A stretch of DNA of 64,000 bases from Promethearchaeota archaeon Loki_b32 (GTDB taxonomy: Archaea; Asgardarchaeota; Lokiarchaeia; Sigyniarchaeales; SOKP01): contig NJBH01000009.1 in NCBI GenBank assembly GCA_005223125.1, positions 1 to 64,000 on the forward strand. Direction: 5' to 3'. Of the stretch, positions 9,049-19,740 are shown piece by piece. The translations under genes were made by a program, and so were the position numbers. How positions within the stretch are numbered: position 1 is the stretch's first letter; each line of letters starts with the position of its first letter. The notes under the pieces were generated by a model that saw nothing but the letters and a program-made list of their open reading frames with translations, did not search any database and had not been told where the DNA came from.

Positions 9049-9244
9049 ACTCTATTCTCCAATAAGTCGGACATTCTTTAATATTTATAATAACCAATTT
9101 CCAATAAAAATTTCTATAGAAACTCAAAATTCAATTTTAGTCAATTTCTTGTTTAAATGTAGATCTAAAAAAAATGGGAAAAATTATACCTAAATCCTTT
9201 AAAACCTAAATTCTCTTTCGCATATGTAAGGAAAGGTTATTTAG

Positions 9245-9592
9245 ATGAAGGTTAAAAAAATTAGTATAACCCCAGAGAAGATAATCATAGATATAGTATT
9301 ATGTCCTAAAACTAATTTATACTTACAGAGTCTATACTGCCATAGATGTGGTTATTTTAAATCAGATGAGGACGCTAATATTAAATGTAATTATAAAAAA
9401 CCCCAATTAAACATTTCAGATCATCAAAAAGACGAATTAATAAAAATATTCTCAGAGATTAAAAATAGAAAAGAAGATTTCTCTCAACAATTAGAAGATA
9501 AAGAAAAAATTGAATCTAAAATAAATACTGAAATACTTCGAGAAGAACTTTTACGAGCGTTAAAGAAGAAGAAAGATGCAATTAATATATAG
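9245..9592 (+). CDS. hypothetical protein, 4-Cys N-terminal motif plus coiled coil
   Basis: CPK...CHRC...C followed by charged helix. Confidence 0.6.
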   Translation: MKVKKISITPEKIIIDIVLCPKTNLYLQSLYCHRCGYFKSDEDANIKCNYKKPQLNISDHQKDELIKIFSEIKNRKEDFSQQLEDKEKIESKINTEILREELLRALKKKKDAINI

Positions 9593-9673
9593 TGTAATTT
9601 ACATAGATTATAGAGAATTTAACCTATATTATGATTTTGTACTCTAATCCATTCTGATTTTAATGATTTTACA

Positions 9674-10300
9674 TCATGTATTTCTATATTGATTATTCCA
9701 ATGTACAAAGATCTGGAATTTAAAAGCTTTCCCTTTATATTCACCATCACTTATAGCTGAGAATTCAAATCCATTATACTCATGCCAATAAATAGATGCT
9801 TTGTTAAATAATGGTTTTTCTACAATAAAGGCAACAACTGGAGGATTCAGTTTTAATAAAGCTTCTTGAAAAATAGCAGTACCAACACCTTTACGTTTAT
9901 ATTCAGGCAAAATACTTACTTGATCTAAATAAGCAAATTCAGTTTTTTCATTAAGGAGTAAATCCTTGGTTCTTTCATTTTCGAAAGAAAGATTACCGAC
10001 AACATCACGAACTTTTATTATATTGTATTTTTTTCTATGAATGCTCGCAAAACCTACAATTTTACCATTATTATCTTTCGCTATATAAATATCGATAAAA
10101 GGATCTTCAATTAGTTTTTTGTAATAACCTATATCTACTTCTTTACGCAAAAACCCTTCATATTCTAACTCCTTTCTTTGTTTTTCTGAAATTTCATCAA
10201 CATTCCTTATTTCAATTAAATTTTGCTTAAGAGCATCAAATATCCCTTGAGCATCTTCTAAACTCGCAATTCCGACGTTAATGTCAATTTTTTCTGTCAT
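9674..10300 (-). CDS. GNAT-family N-acetyltransferase
   Basis: GKIVGFA; LDQVSILPEYKRKGVGT motif A; N.AS...HE..GF. Confidence 0.85.
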   Translation of the reverse strand: MTEKIDINVGIASLEDAQGIFDALKQNLIEIRNVDEISEKQRKELEYEGFLRKEVDIGYYKKLIEDPFIDIYIAKDNNGKIVGFASIHRKKYNIIKVRDVVGNLSFENERTKDLLLNEKTEFAYLDQVSILPEYKRKGVGTAIFQEALLKLNPPVVAFIVEKPLFNKASIYWHEYNGFEFSAISDGEYKGKAFKFQIFVHWNNQYRNT

Positions 10301-10475
10301 TTTTAATTATTGCCTTTTTATCCTTGCAATTTAAAAATTAAATTAATACTCTTAATAAAAAGAAAAAGTTTTATATTTTTTTGTGATAAAAATGGTATTG
10401 TAGTTTTTAATTAAATGAGATTATTTTAAATTTTTAAGAAATATAGTATATATTAACAATTTTTATGGGATATTT

Positions 10476-11876
10476 ATGACATCTACAACATCAGAAGAAG
10501 ATTATACATTTAAAGTAACCCTTGTATTTTGGAAATTCTACGAATTAGGGTTATACTTTGAGCAAACTCAAGTGAGAGAATTCTTGGAACAAGAAGGTTC
10601 TTTAAAACTCTATAAAGATTATCGGTTTAAAATTGACATGCCGGATGGTAGGAAAATCGATCAACCATTAAAGTGGATTTCTAGTCAATCACATAATTAT
10701 GCGCCTGTATGTTTCAAGATAGGGGAATCAGATAGATTTTCTTGTGCCACTACTTCAAATATAGTAGGAAAAATCAGATTAGAGGGACATATTCATTATG
10801 GTTCTGTACTAGTTATTCATTGCGAGCTGATATTTGATAATTATCATAAAATTGAGGAATTTATTGAAACTTCTCAGCCATCTAACATGATTCTTGAGAG
10901 TACAGGCAAACCTATAACTGAAAAGTTTATTGAGATAAGGGATAATGTTATAAGCATATTGAAAAAGGAAAATTATCCAGCTAAAACAAAATTGGAATCA
11001 GTTTTAGAACCTTGGCATCATACATGGATCATCTGGGATGCAAAACCAGATTTTAATCGAGCCGATTATCGATTCATTGGAAATGAAATTGGAAAAAATG
11101 CCAACTATTCAATTGGACTCACATTACGGACCGATAAATATCGAGAATTAGATCCCGTGGCTTATAGAGATCAAATTAATCTGAAGAATCTAGCTCCATA
11201 TAAAGATGAATTCGTTATGATTACGCATGCGGGTAATGTTGTAATTCCTGGCCCAGGCCTTTTAGATCCTTATACAATGAAAAATCTCCTTATAGATACT
11301 CTGTTTGGACCAGAAGTAGGCAATGTTCAAAGGTTTTTAATATTAATGCATATGGAGAATATTTTAGTTGTCGCTGAGAAATTTGATAGAATCATCTCAG
11401 AAACTCGAGCAATGGAAGAAGATCTAACTTTAAGAGATAAAATAGATAATCTGGAAGAATTAGAGACTGAATTAAATAGAATTATTCTCGAATTAAATAA
11501 AGATGTAATAATCTCAAAAATCACCCGTTTATTGTTTACAAGCACATTTAAAACGAGTATGTTCAACGAGCAAATTGAAAAATTAGATGGTTTTACATTC
11601 TCAAAAGCAACAGATGATGTTATTTCGAGGATTAGAAAAACTCTCAATAGGCAACGTAATACTCTGAATACTAAATCGTCAGCGATCGAAAACAAATTTC
11701 TAGCAATTCTTAATTATCTTGCTTTGTTTGAATTAGCTACTTTAGTGATTTCCTTAACTTTAGGCGATATTTTCGCAGAAGATCTTCCAGGTATTGGTAT
11801 TATTCAGATTATAGTAGCATTATCTATAGTTATAATAGCTATTATATTATTAAGAATGCAAGAAAGAAAGCTATAG
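10476..11876 (+). CDS. hypothetical protein with long helices and two C-terminal TM segments (CorA/RMD1-like architecture)
   Basis: Soluble N-domain, heptad helices, two hydrophobic helices at C-terminus; no GMN motif. Confidence 0.55.
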   Translation: MTSTTSEEDYTFKVTLVFWKFYELGLYFEQTQVREFLEQEGSLKLYKDYRFKIDMPDGRKIDQPLKWISSQSHNYAPVCFKIGESDRFSCATTSNIVGKIRLEGHIHYGSVLVIHCELIFDNYHKIEEFIETSQPSNMILESTGKPITEKFIEIRDNVISILKKENYPAKTKLESVLEPWHHTWIIWDAKPDFNRADYRFIGNEIGKNANYSIGLTLRTDKYRELDPVAYRDQINLKNLAPYKDEFVMITHAGNVVIPGPGLLDPYTMKNLLIDTLFGPEVGNVQRFLILMHMENILVVAEKFDRIISETRAMEEDLTLRDKIDNLEELETELNRIILELNKDVIISKITRLLFTSTFKTSMFNEQIEKLDGFTFSKATDDVISRIRKTLNRQRNTLNTKSSAIENKFLAILNYLALFELATLVISLTLGDIFAEDLPGIGIIQIIVALSIVIIAIILLRMQERKL

Positions 11877-11943
11877 AAAACTAAATGATTTTTTTTTCTT
11901 TATTTAAATATAAAGTGAAACATGTGAGTACTGAAAACTAAAA

Positions 11944-13092
11944 ATGGTTGATTTTATTAAAATAAGGGGAAATCCCACTGAAAGAGGATTCCAACAGGGA
12001 GAACAGCTGAAAGATAAAATTCACAACACATTTGATATTGTTTTCCATTCAAAAATGTTTTCAGAGGTAACCTCTAAATTAATACCACTCTCGATTATTA
12101 AGCTTGCTTTAGGTATAATGGGTAAGAAAAATTTAAAGAAATCATTACAGCAATTACTACCAAATCAGTATAAAAAGATGAAGGCTCTGAGTAGAGCAGC
12201 TGAAATAAAAGGAAGATTAATTTATGGAGTTTATTTTATAGAAGTAATGTCAGGAGACCCAAAATCTTTATACAAAAACCCTCCAGTTCAAGCTTGTTCA
12301 ATGATTTTTGCTCTTCCTGAAGCTACTTCAGATAAGTTGATGATATTTGGACGTAATTATGATTTTCCAAATGTTCTTCAACCATTCCAGGTGGTTCGTG
12401 AGGAAATACCTGATAATGCATATAAAAATTTAAATTTCACCCAATATCCTTTTATCGGTTGTCATATGGGAATGAATGAAAAGGGATTAGCGATCGGTTA
12501 TAATTATGGTCGTTCTTGGAAAAAAAAACCACTGGATTTTAGGTTAAAAGGTGTACCTGGTACTTTTATTGTACAGGAAGTTTTGGAAACTTGTGCAACA
12601 ACCCAAGAAGCTGTAGATTTTATTACTAAATTCACCGCACGAGCAAATGGTTGCCATTTTGGGCTTATGGATACTTCTGGAGATACTTGTGTTATTGAAA
12701 CTACCAGCACTCGCCACGCAATTCGTAAGCCTGAAGATGGAATTCTGGCTCACACTAACCATTACCAGACAGAAGAACTTAAAGATGCTAACCTACCTGA
12801 ATATGTAAGATTCAAAATGGATGATATGGATATCTCTCCTATTGAATCTCCTATAAGACGTTATCAAAGAGAAATTGAGCTTTTAGAGAAAAACAAAGGT
12901 CAAATTACCATGAATACAATTAAAAGCATTTTAAGCGATCATGAGAATAGAGAACCTGATGATTTTACAGTTTGTACTCACGGACCATCTGCGGGTACAT
13001 TAGGATCCATAATTGTACTTCCCACAAAAAGAGAATTTTGGGTTACTGATAATCATCCATGTAGTTCTGAATATGAGAAATTTGTATTATAA
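11944..13092 (+). CDS. peptidase C45 / acyl-CoA:6-APA acyltransferase-like Ntn hydrolase
   Basis: ACS nucleophile, GRNYD, GMNEKGL, HTNHY. Confidence 0.9.
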   Translation: MVDFIKIRGNPTERGFQQGEQLKDKIHNTFDIVFHSKMFSEVTSKLIPLSIIKLALGIMGKKNLKKSLQQLLPNQYKKMKALSRAAEIKGRLIYGVYFIEVMSGDPKSLYKNPPVQACSMIFALPEATSDKLMIFGRNYDFPNVLQPFQVVREEIPDNAYKNLNFTQYPFIGCHMGMNEKGLAIGYNYGRSWKKKPLDFRLKGVPGTFIVQEVLETCATTQEAVDFITKFTARANGCHFGLMDTSGDTCVIETTSTRHAIRKPEDGILAHTNHYQTEELKDANLPEYVRFKMDDMDISPIESPIRRYQREIELLEKNKGQITMNTIKSILSDHENREPDDFTVCTHGPSAGTLGSIIVLPTKREFWVTDNHPCSSEYEKFVL

Positions 13093-13105
13093 TTAAATAA
13101 TTGAA

Positions 13106-13558
13106 ATGGTAATTACTATTGTATTAATAGCAAAAACCAAAGATGATGTTGGAAAGGCTGCTATCGACGTTTTTAGTTTTAGTCACCTAATTTTTGGATA
13201 TTTATTATATCCTATCTTGCATTGCATCATTTATATATCAGTAAGGGTTTATTCTAATTTTGCTTGTTTACTTGGAACTATTTTAATGAGCTTATTCTGG
13301 GAAGCTATAGAAAATACATTACTCTACAGAAAAGGAATCAAGTTCGGCAATAGACGTGATAGTTTAAAAAATAGCTTGATGGATATTTACTTTTTCTCAT
13401 CCGGTGGTGTAATCTCCATGTATAATCTCACTCACGGTCTTATCTACTTTTTGATTAGCACTTTTATATTCTTAAATAGTCTATTATTTCTGATAATGGT
13501 ATACGCATTCAAGATCTTAGGATTTTCAAGTCCCTTATCAAAAATGAAGAAAAATTAA
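13106..13558 (+). CDS. membrane protein (DUF2585-like)
   Basis: D..SFSH..FG, FWE..EN, DSL.NS..D pattern with TM helices. Confidence 0.55.
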   Translation: MVITIVLIAKTKDDVGKAAIDVFSFSHLIFGYLLYPILHCIIYISVRVYSNFACLLGTILMSLFWEAIENTLLYRKGIKFGNRRDSLKNSLMDIYFFSSGGVISMYNLTHGLIYFLISTFIFLNSLLFLIMVYAFKILGFSSPLSKMKKN

Positions 13559-13585
13559 AAAAATTAAAATTAAAATTTGATATTA

Positions 13586-14392
13586 TCACCAATATTCTTC
13601 CTTAACGATACAATAGAAAATAGGGACACCGATCAAAAACGGAATAAGTAAAGTTCCAAACATTGGCCAAAATGCTTGGATCCCCCATTGGAATCCCGCA
13701 ACTATTATTGCTGAAATTATTAAATCACATACAATAGCAGAAATTAGAAGCCATATAAAGATTCTAAAAGCTCTTGATTCATAATATCGTTGATCTTTAG
13801 TAAATACTCCCGCTTTTTGTACCTCTTTAATTTGATCTCGCGGAATTTTACCTACTTTACCAATATCTAGTCGTTTAAGATTTCTTAAATGATCAACACC
13901 TTTTATTTCAGAAATAGAATTACCATTCAAATAAATCGCATTTAGTTTGTGTATATTCTCTAATCCCGTTATTTCGTTAATTTGATTTTGTTCAAGGAAG
14001 AGAGTCATTAAATCTTTAAGTGAATCTAATCCAGTAATTTCCCTAATAACGTTTCTATTCAATTTCAGAATTCTCAATCTCTTCAGATTTTCAAGTCCCG
14101 TAATCTGTGTAATATTATTTCCAGAAAGATCTAAAAAAACTAAATTTGGCAAGTTTTGAAGCCCGGTAATATCAGTTATAGCATTATTAGAGAGATCTAA
14201 ATGAACTAAATTTGGAAAATTATCAAGGCCTCTTATTTCCGCTATATGATTATTTGAGAGATCCAGATGTGCTAGGAAAGGCAGATTATTCAATCCTGAA
14301 ATCTCATCAAAGGTTGTAATTCTTTTATTTCTTAAGTTTAAAATATTTTTCTTTACCTTATATGTCTTATCTCTTATAGTTACAAATGACAT
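13586..14392 (-). CDS. leucine-rich repeat (SDS22-like) protein with two C-terminal TM helices
   Basis: About 7 repeats of LxxLxLSxNxIxxIxGL (22 aa). Confidence 0.92.
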   Translation of the reverse strand: MSFVTIRDKTYKVKKNILNLRNKRITTFDEISGLNNLPFLAHLDLSNNHIAEIRGLDNFPNLVHLDLSNNAITDITGLQNLPNLVFLDLSGNNITQITGLENLKRLRILKLNRNVIREITGLDSLKDLMTLFLEQNQINEITGLENIHKLNAIYLNGNSISEIKGVDHLRNLKRLDIGKVGKIPRDQIKEVQKAGVFTKDQRYYESRAFRIFIWLLISAIVCDLIISAIIVAGFQWGIQAFWPMFGTLLIPFLIGVPIFYCIVKEEYW

Positions 14393-14575
14393 TTAACTCA
14401 ATTATTCATATAATTATGGATTACTACTATAATTTATCAAGTAAGCCATGAATATATAACTATTTTGCCAAAAAGATTAAATATAAACTTGAATATTTAA
14501 AAATTAATCCAATTTTTTCGCATCAAGCGATAATTTGAATATTAGAATTATATTTATAAAAGGAAATTATTAATC

Positions 14576-15286
14576 ATGACTGGTAAGAAAATTTTAGTTG
14601 GTTACTCTAGTTTATATGGGTATGTAGAAGAAATCTCATTGGAGATCTCAAAGATTTTAGAGCAAAAAGGATTTTTAGTTCATCCGATAAATCTAAAAAA
14701 AGTGAGAAGTAGTAAATGGCCATATATCGGGGAATATACTGGTATATTAGTAGGTTCATCTTCAGAAATGGCGAGATATGCTCTTTCTAGGTATGGCCCT
14801 GGAAAAATTGTGAGGAGAGACCCCAAAAATTTCTTAAGAACAAACCTTAACGAAATAAGTCAAACCAACAAGATTCTAGGAATTTTTAGAAGCGACCCTT
14901 TAGATTTTTCTGTTATTTTAAATCCAGATCCCGCTGCGAATTTACTAGAAGAACTAATTATAAAAAAATTTGGTTATAAACCGTCAATATGTGCTTGGTT
15001 CGGCCCTGTTATTGATTTTAAGTCCAAAAAGTTTAGATATGATATAAAAAGATATATGAGACGGGAGTTAAAAAAGATAAGTAGAAAGACAGGACTTGAG
15101 TTTAATTTGAGAGGCCATAATGACTTTCGTGATTGGGAACGCATTAACGAATTTACAATGAGATTTGCTGAAATGGTAGATCCTTCATTAAAATCTTCTG
15201 GGGGTTCAGATACTTGTCCTGGTTGTGGCACAAAAATTAACCCATCCTGGAAATTCTGTGCAGATTGTAATTATAAGCTTAATTAA
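14576..15286 (+). CDS. flavodoxin-like (HemG-type) domain with C-terminal zinc ribbon
   Basis: ILVGYSSLYGYVEEI, DFRDWERI, CPGCG...FCADC. Confidence 0.75.
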   Translation: MTGKKILVGYSSLYGYVEEISLEISKILEQKGFLVHPINLKKVRSSKWPYIGEYTGILVGSSSEMARYALSRYGPGKIVRRDPKNFLRTNLNEISQTNKILGIFRSDPLDFSVILNPDPAANLLEELIIKKFGYKPSICAWFGPVIDFKSKKFRYDIKRYMRRELKKISRKTGLEFNLRGHNDFRDWERINEFTMRFAEMVDPSLKSSGGSDTCPGCGTKINPSWKFCADCNYKLN

Positions 15287-15354
15287 GTAAATAAACAATA
15301 AAGAACTTCATAAAAAGTATAAATAATAGAAAAAAGGAAAAAAATAATTTTTTT

Positions 15355-15843
15355 TTAATATCTCGTTCTGGTCGCTTGAATACGGAGTTTAGCTTTTGTA
15401 TTTTCTTTTTCGTCTTGTAAAATAACATATTGTGTTTTTGATGGCAGTTTTATCTCAAATTCTTGTTCAGCAACAGTTTCATCCTTTTTCAAGTGATCTC
15501 TTTCTCTTAGAATAACTTTAATTTTCTGTATAGCGGGTTTACCTACTCGAACGGTTTTAAATTGACTCCAGAGAGACATGTCCGCTCGACTGGTAAATTC
15601 TTGATTCTTTTGCAATTTTATAGTGCCTTTGTCTGGCCATCGTGCTTTGAACGTTTTTGGACCATCCACTTTGAAATAAAATTCTCCCCGCCATCCCATA
15701 ATATCATAATCTTTCAGAGTTTTCAAACTCATTAAACCTATACTAAGTAAATAGCGTTCTTTTTCTTCTCCTACTTGATCTTGCGTAAAACTTTGATCTT
15801 TCGCGTATGTCTTTTTAGATTTAGCATAATAACGTCTTGGAAT
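15355..15843 (-). CDS. C2-domain-like protein; probable ATT start
   Basis: KDYDIMGWRGEFYFKV and VILRERDHLKKDETV resemble C2 loops 1 and 3; frame open upstream of ATG 15732 to AGGTGA-N7-ATT (15843). Confidence 0.6.
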   Translation of the reverse strand: MPRRYYAKSKKTYAKDQSFTQDQVGEEKERYLLSIGLMSLKTLKDYDIMGWRGEFYFKVDGPKTFKARWPDKGTIKLQKNQEFTSRADMSLWSQFKTVRVGKPAIQKIKVILRERDHLKKDETVAEQEFEIKLPSKTQYVILQDEKENTKAKLRIQATRTRY

Positions 15844-16010
15844 CTTTTTCTCACCTTATAATTTTGATTAAATTTGATTTATTTTTTTAACTCTAATATA
15901 GTGCTAAAGTATATATGTTTTTTTTGTTAATTTATTAAAAACTTAATAGAAACATCAATATCAAATTGAACCCAGCAATTTTAAAATTAGATTAAATCCA
16001 ATTTTTTTTT

Positions 16011-16937
16011 TTATTTATAATTTATAATAAGTACCGCAACTAATACAATAATTCCACCAAGAATATTCACCAAAACAATTGTTTCACTTCTTTGAAGTAA
16101 CAACGAGAAGATAAGTGTAAGAAAAGGTTCGATATATAAGAATGAGGCCACATTAGAAGATTTTAATATCTTTTGCGAATTTTGCCAGATAAAATAACCT
16201 AAAACATAGCAACCAAGCCCTAGATATATTGCACAAATGAATAATAGAAAATTGGAGAAGTTATTAATGAAAATCATAAGTTCACCATTCAATATAATAA
16301 AAATTAATAATTCAATGGTACCAATATAAGCCACATATTTATTGATAGTGTTACTAGAGTTAGGTTTGGATATTTTTTTAGTAGCTGTCGAATAAACTGC
16401 CCATAATAATGGAGTCATTAATGCAAATAAATAACCTATAAAATAAGGAGATTCAGGGGTAAGTGTGGTAATATCTCCTCCTGTTACTAATAAGAATCCT
16501 CCAATTGTAGCAATTACAAATCCTATTATTTTAAAAGTATTTAGTTTTTCTTTAAAAAAAACTGATGCTAAAATTGTAATAATAACCGGTGTGATTAAAC
16601 AAACAAATAATGCTGGAAGAGATGGTCCGATTATTTCTATTGCTGAGTATTGAGCAAGGAAAAATAATGAAACTCCTGTAAAACTTGAGAGTATGATTAA
16701 AATCCAATCATTTTTTGAAAGTTTTTTGTTAGTAATCGCATCCTCTCTCACATGTATGACTTTTTTCTTCTTTATTTTAAAATAAAGATCAATTATGAGA
16801 AATGTACATGATGCGATTACGAACCGATATAATGCGATAGATAAGGGCGGAATAAATTCTACAGCAATATCGACCACTACAAACGAAAAGCCCCAAATAA
16901 TAACCATAAAAATTAATTCTAAATAAACACGTAGCAT
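16011..16937 (-). CDS. DMT/EamA family transporter
   Basis: IWGFSF, PPLSIALYRF, FFKEKL; 10 TM in two repeats. Confidence 0.92.
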   Translation of the reverse strand: MLRVYLELIFMVIIWGFSFVVVDIAVEFIPPLSIALYRFVIASCTFLIIDLYFKIKKKKVIHVREDAITNKKLSKNDWILIILSSFTGVSLFFLAQYSAIEIIGPSLPALFVCLITPVIITILASVFFKEKLNTFKIIGFVIATIGGFLLVTGGDITTLTPESPYFIGYLFALMTPLLWAVYSTATKKISKPNSSNTINKYVAYIGTIELLIFIILNGELMIFINNFSNFLLFICAIYLGLGCYVLGYFIWQNSQKILKSSNVASFLYIEPFLTLIFSLLLQRSETIVLVNILGGIIVLVAVLIINYK

Positions 16938-17048
16938 TTAATATCAAACAGTAATCAGTTAATAATCATTATTTTAACAAAAATTTCTACTTTGATGATT
17001 TATTAAAATAATTTAATAATAGAAAATTAAATACATTAATATTTATTT

Positions 17049-17648
17049 TTGGAAAGAAAATTCTTGAAGAAAATTAGCTATCGTTTACGGATTGGAATCA
17101 TCGGTAAGAAAGAACCATTAAAAGAAATTTTTCTTGAAAACTTAAGAAATTCTGCTATAGAATCTAATCTTTCTGATGATTTTTATGAATTTTTATTAGT
17201 TTTCAAACAAATTCCGATTAAAATTAAGATTTATTTATATGATACTGTTGAAAATTTAATTTATGATTTTGATAATATTCAGAAACTTGATATTATAATT
17301 CTTACTTTAAATTTATCCGAGCCAGATTCACTTAGTTCCATAAATAAACAATTAATAGAAGAATTTAATGAGATATTTTCATTTCAAGGAATATCAGTGC
17401 TAGTCGGTATGAATTTTGAACATATATTTAATAGAACATCTTCAAAGAAATTTAAAATAAGTAGATTTCAATTAGAAAAAATTACAAAAGATTTGAATCT
17501 GATATATTGTTTTGAAATTTTCAATAAAAATAGGGATGTAAATGAGATTTATAATACCCTATTTAATGATTTTATCCTAAGGTTTCAATTTTCGAGTCCA
17601 GAATTGTTTAAAACCGCAAAAGAGTATGGAAAAAGACTTTTGATCTAA
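17049..17648 (+). CDS. degenerate small-GTPase (Ras/Rab-like) fold protein
   Basis: Order of strands/helices matches Rab-like fold (RIGIIG.., IKIYLYDT, DIIILTLNLSEPDSL, VLVG, YCFE) but G1/G3/G4 motifs eroded. Confidence 0.5.
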   Translation: MERKFLKKISYRLRIGIIGKKEPLKEIFLENLRNSAIESNLSDDFYEFLLVFKQIPIKIKIYLYDTVENLIYDFDNIQKLDIIILTLNLSEPDSLSSINKQLIEEFNEIFSFQGISVLVGMNFEHIFNRTSSKKFKISRFQLEKITKDLNLIYCFEIFNKNRDVNEIYNTLFNDFILRFQFSSPELFKTAKEYGKRLLI

Positions 17649-17773
17649 TTGAATACTTTTACTTCATTATTTCAAAATAGATAGAAAATCGAAAAGTTAT
17701 AAAAATAATAAGATACAAATTTAAATATAATAAGTAAAATAGCCATATCTATGATGGAGTTGAATTAAGTAAA

Positions 17774-17965
17774 ATGGGAGAATCAAACGGTTTACTAACA
17801 ATTGAGAGAAGTGAAGGTCGTAGAAGGTGTCCAAGTTGTGGAGAAGAGAATAAGAATATGATTCACGAATCTACAGATAAAACAAATATAATTAGTGATT
17901 ATCCCCGTGTTTATGGGAAGAAAAATCGATGTGGGCGCTGTGGACAAGAATGGCGCGAAAAATAG
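17774..17965 (+). CDS. small Zn-ribbon protein
   Basis: RRRCPSCG...DYPRVYGKKNRCGRCGQEW; homologous to C-terminus of 56399-57193. Confidence 0.8.
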   Translation: MGESNGLLTIERSEGRRRCPSCGEENKNMIHESTDKTNIISDYPRVYGKKNRCGRCGQEWREK

Positions 17966-18144
17966 TTAAAAATTTCTTTTATTTTTTACTTTTTGTAATA
18001 ATTTCCAAGTTTCTTTTTCAATAATACGTTCTATTATTACTAAAAACAATTTTAATTCATAATATTATAAATGACAAAAAATTAGATTATATTAATATTA
18101 GACAAATAACTTCAAGTTTTTAATAGAAGGGGAATTTAAATATT

Positions 18145-18837
18145 ATGGATTTTGCCAGAATCGTTCAAATTTACTTTGTACAAGGCGGAGTTACCTTATT
18201 TTATCTATATATGGCATATATTGTTCTTAAAAGGGGGAGAAAGCCCCTTCATATTTACCTAAGTAGTTTCTATTTATCAACTACCATTGGGGGTATTATA
18301 AATATGATCTAAGCGATAATATTTGATCCTACAATTGTTTTTATAATGCATTTCTTGACTTATTATCTCTTTTGTTTTTCAATGGTTTTTCTTCTGATCT
18401 TTGTGTTAATTCTTGTAAAACCTGCTAAAAAAATCAAGTTTAAATTACAACTAGCAATTATGATTATTTTTGGAGTATTAATTTTTGGTCTTTTATTATT
18501 TCCTAGTGGAATAGTTATAAATGAGACAACAAATTGGAAACCGGATTGGAGTTGGAGTTTTTTTATATATTCTATTGTAGTTTGTACAAGTATTGTGATT
18601 TTACCAACTCTCTATTACTCGATAAGGATTTATATAAAATTCGAGAATGAGTTTTTAAAAAAAAAGTGGAAATATTTTTTGATTGGAATTTGTGCTTACT
18701 TTTTTATCTATTATGGGACTTCATTTTCCAACACATTAAATGATGATACCTTTAGGTTCATTTGGTCGCTTATATCGTTACCAACTCTTATATCATTATA
18801 TTTGATATATCATGGCGTAGGACGTCAACTCGAATAA
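18145..18837 (+). pseudogene. 7TM membrane protein with in-frame TAA at 18310-18312
   Basis: ATG 18145 frame aligns with 18988-19740 (VQG..LKR..FYLS..IG..INMI*A vs MNFIYA); both end GVGRQLE. Confidence 0.85.
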
Positions 18838-18987
18838 ATTCCTTTACTTAATTTTTTTGTAAATGCAAATAGAATAAGTAGTATTTTTCTATTAGGAAAA
18901 AAGCAACAATAATAAATATGGAATGATAAATTGTTACATTAACTAAATATATTTTAAAATAAAAATAGCGTTTGACGTGTTTTTACT

Positions 18988-19740
18988 ATGAGTCTATATC
19001 AAATGTCATTAACTAGAGCACTAACTGTGTATGTAGCTCAAGGATTTATTTGCTTCTTTTTTATATTTTTAGCATATAAAATCCTTAAAAGAGACAGAAA
19101 ACGATTAAACTTAATCTTTTCAGGATTCTATTTATCCGCTGCCATTGGATTATTGATGAATTTCATATATGCTCCACTCGATCCGCTGGAATTTGAACCT
19201 GCTATTTTATTTCTAAATTTTATAACGAATTTTGGGATTTTTTATTCATCAATATTTCTCGTAGTTTTTGACTTAATATTATTAAAATCAGAAAAAGTTA
19301 TTTCTCCCATTAAACAGTTAGTAATTCTTATAGTCTATGGTATCGCCATGTTTTGCATGATCTTTTTCGTCTATGTTGAAGGTATAGCATTTGACGGATC
19401 TTCTCGATTGGGTGTAGAGCTTGATCTCGACAGTTGGAGTCCAATTTGGAATCTTCCATTCTTCCTGTATTTACTAATTATAGAATCAATCCCAACCGGC
19501 TTTTTCTTCTACTTTTCCTTCCAAATATATAAAAAATTTGAAGATGAACAATTAAGAAAGAAGTGGAAATTTTTTATATTTGGAGCGACTGCTTTAATAA
19601 TCTTTATGTATGGAATTTTTGTATCGAACTTTTTGAATGATCCAACATTTAGGTTAGTAATGGGCGCAATAGGTTTGATTTTAGCGATTGCTGGTGGATA
19701 TTTAATGTATACTGGCGTAGGTCGCCAATTAGAGAAATAA
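18988..19740 (+). CDS. stand-alone 7TM protein (HisKA_7TM-like sensor domain without kinase)
   Basis: Seven hydrophobic helices; no cytoplasmic output domain. Confidence 0.7.
   Translation: MSLYQMSLTRALTVYVAQGFICFFFIFLAYKILKRDRKRLNLIFSGFYLSAAIGLLMNFIYAPLDPLEFEPAILFLNFITNFGIFYSSIFLVVFDLILLKSEKVISPIKQLVILIVYGIAMFCMIFFVYVEGIAFDGSSRLGVELDLDSWSPIWNLPFFLYLLIIESIPTGFFFYFSFQIYKKFEDEQLRKKWKFFIFGATALIIFMYGIFVSNFLNDPTFRLVMGAIGLILAIAGGYLMYTGVGRQLEK

Noticed and set aside
18988-19740. Microbial rhodopsin / schizorhodopsin
   Set aside because: No retinal-binding Lys in TM7 and no RYxxW-type TM3 motif
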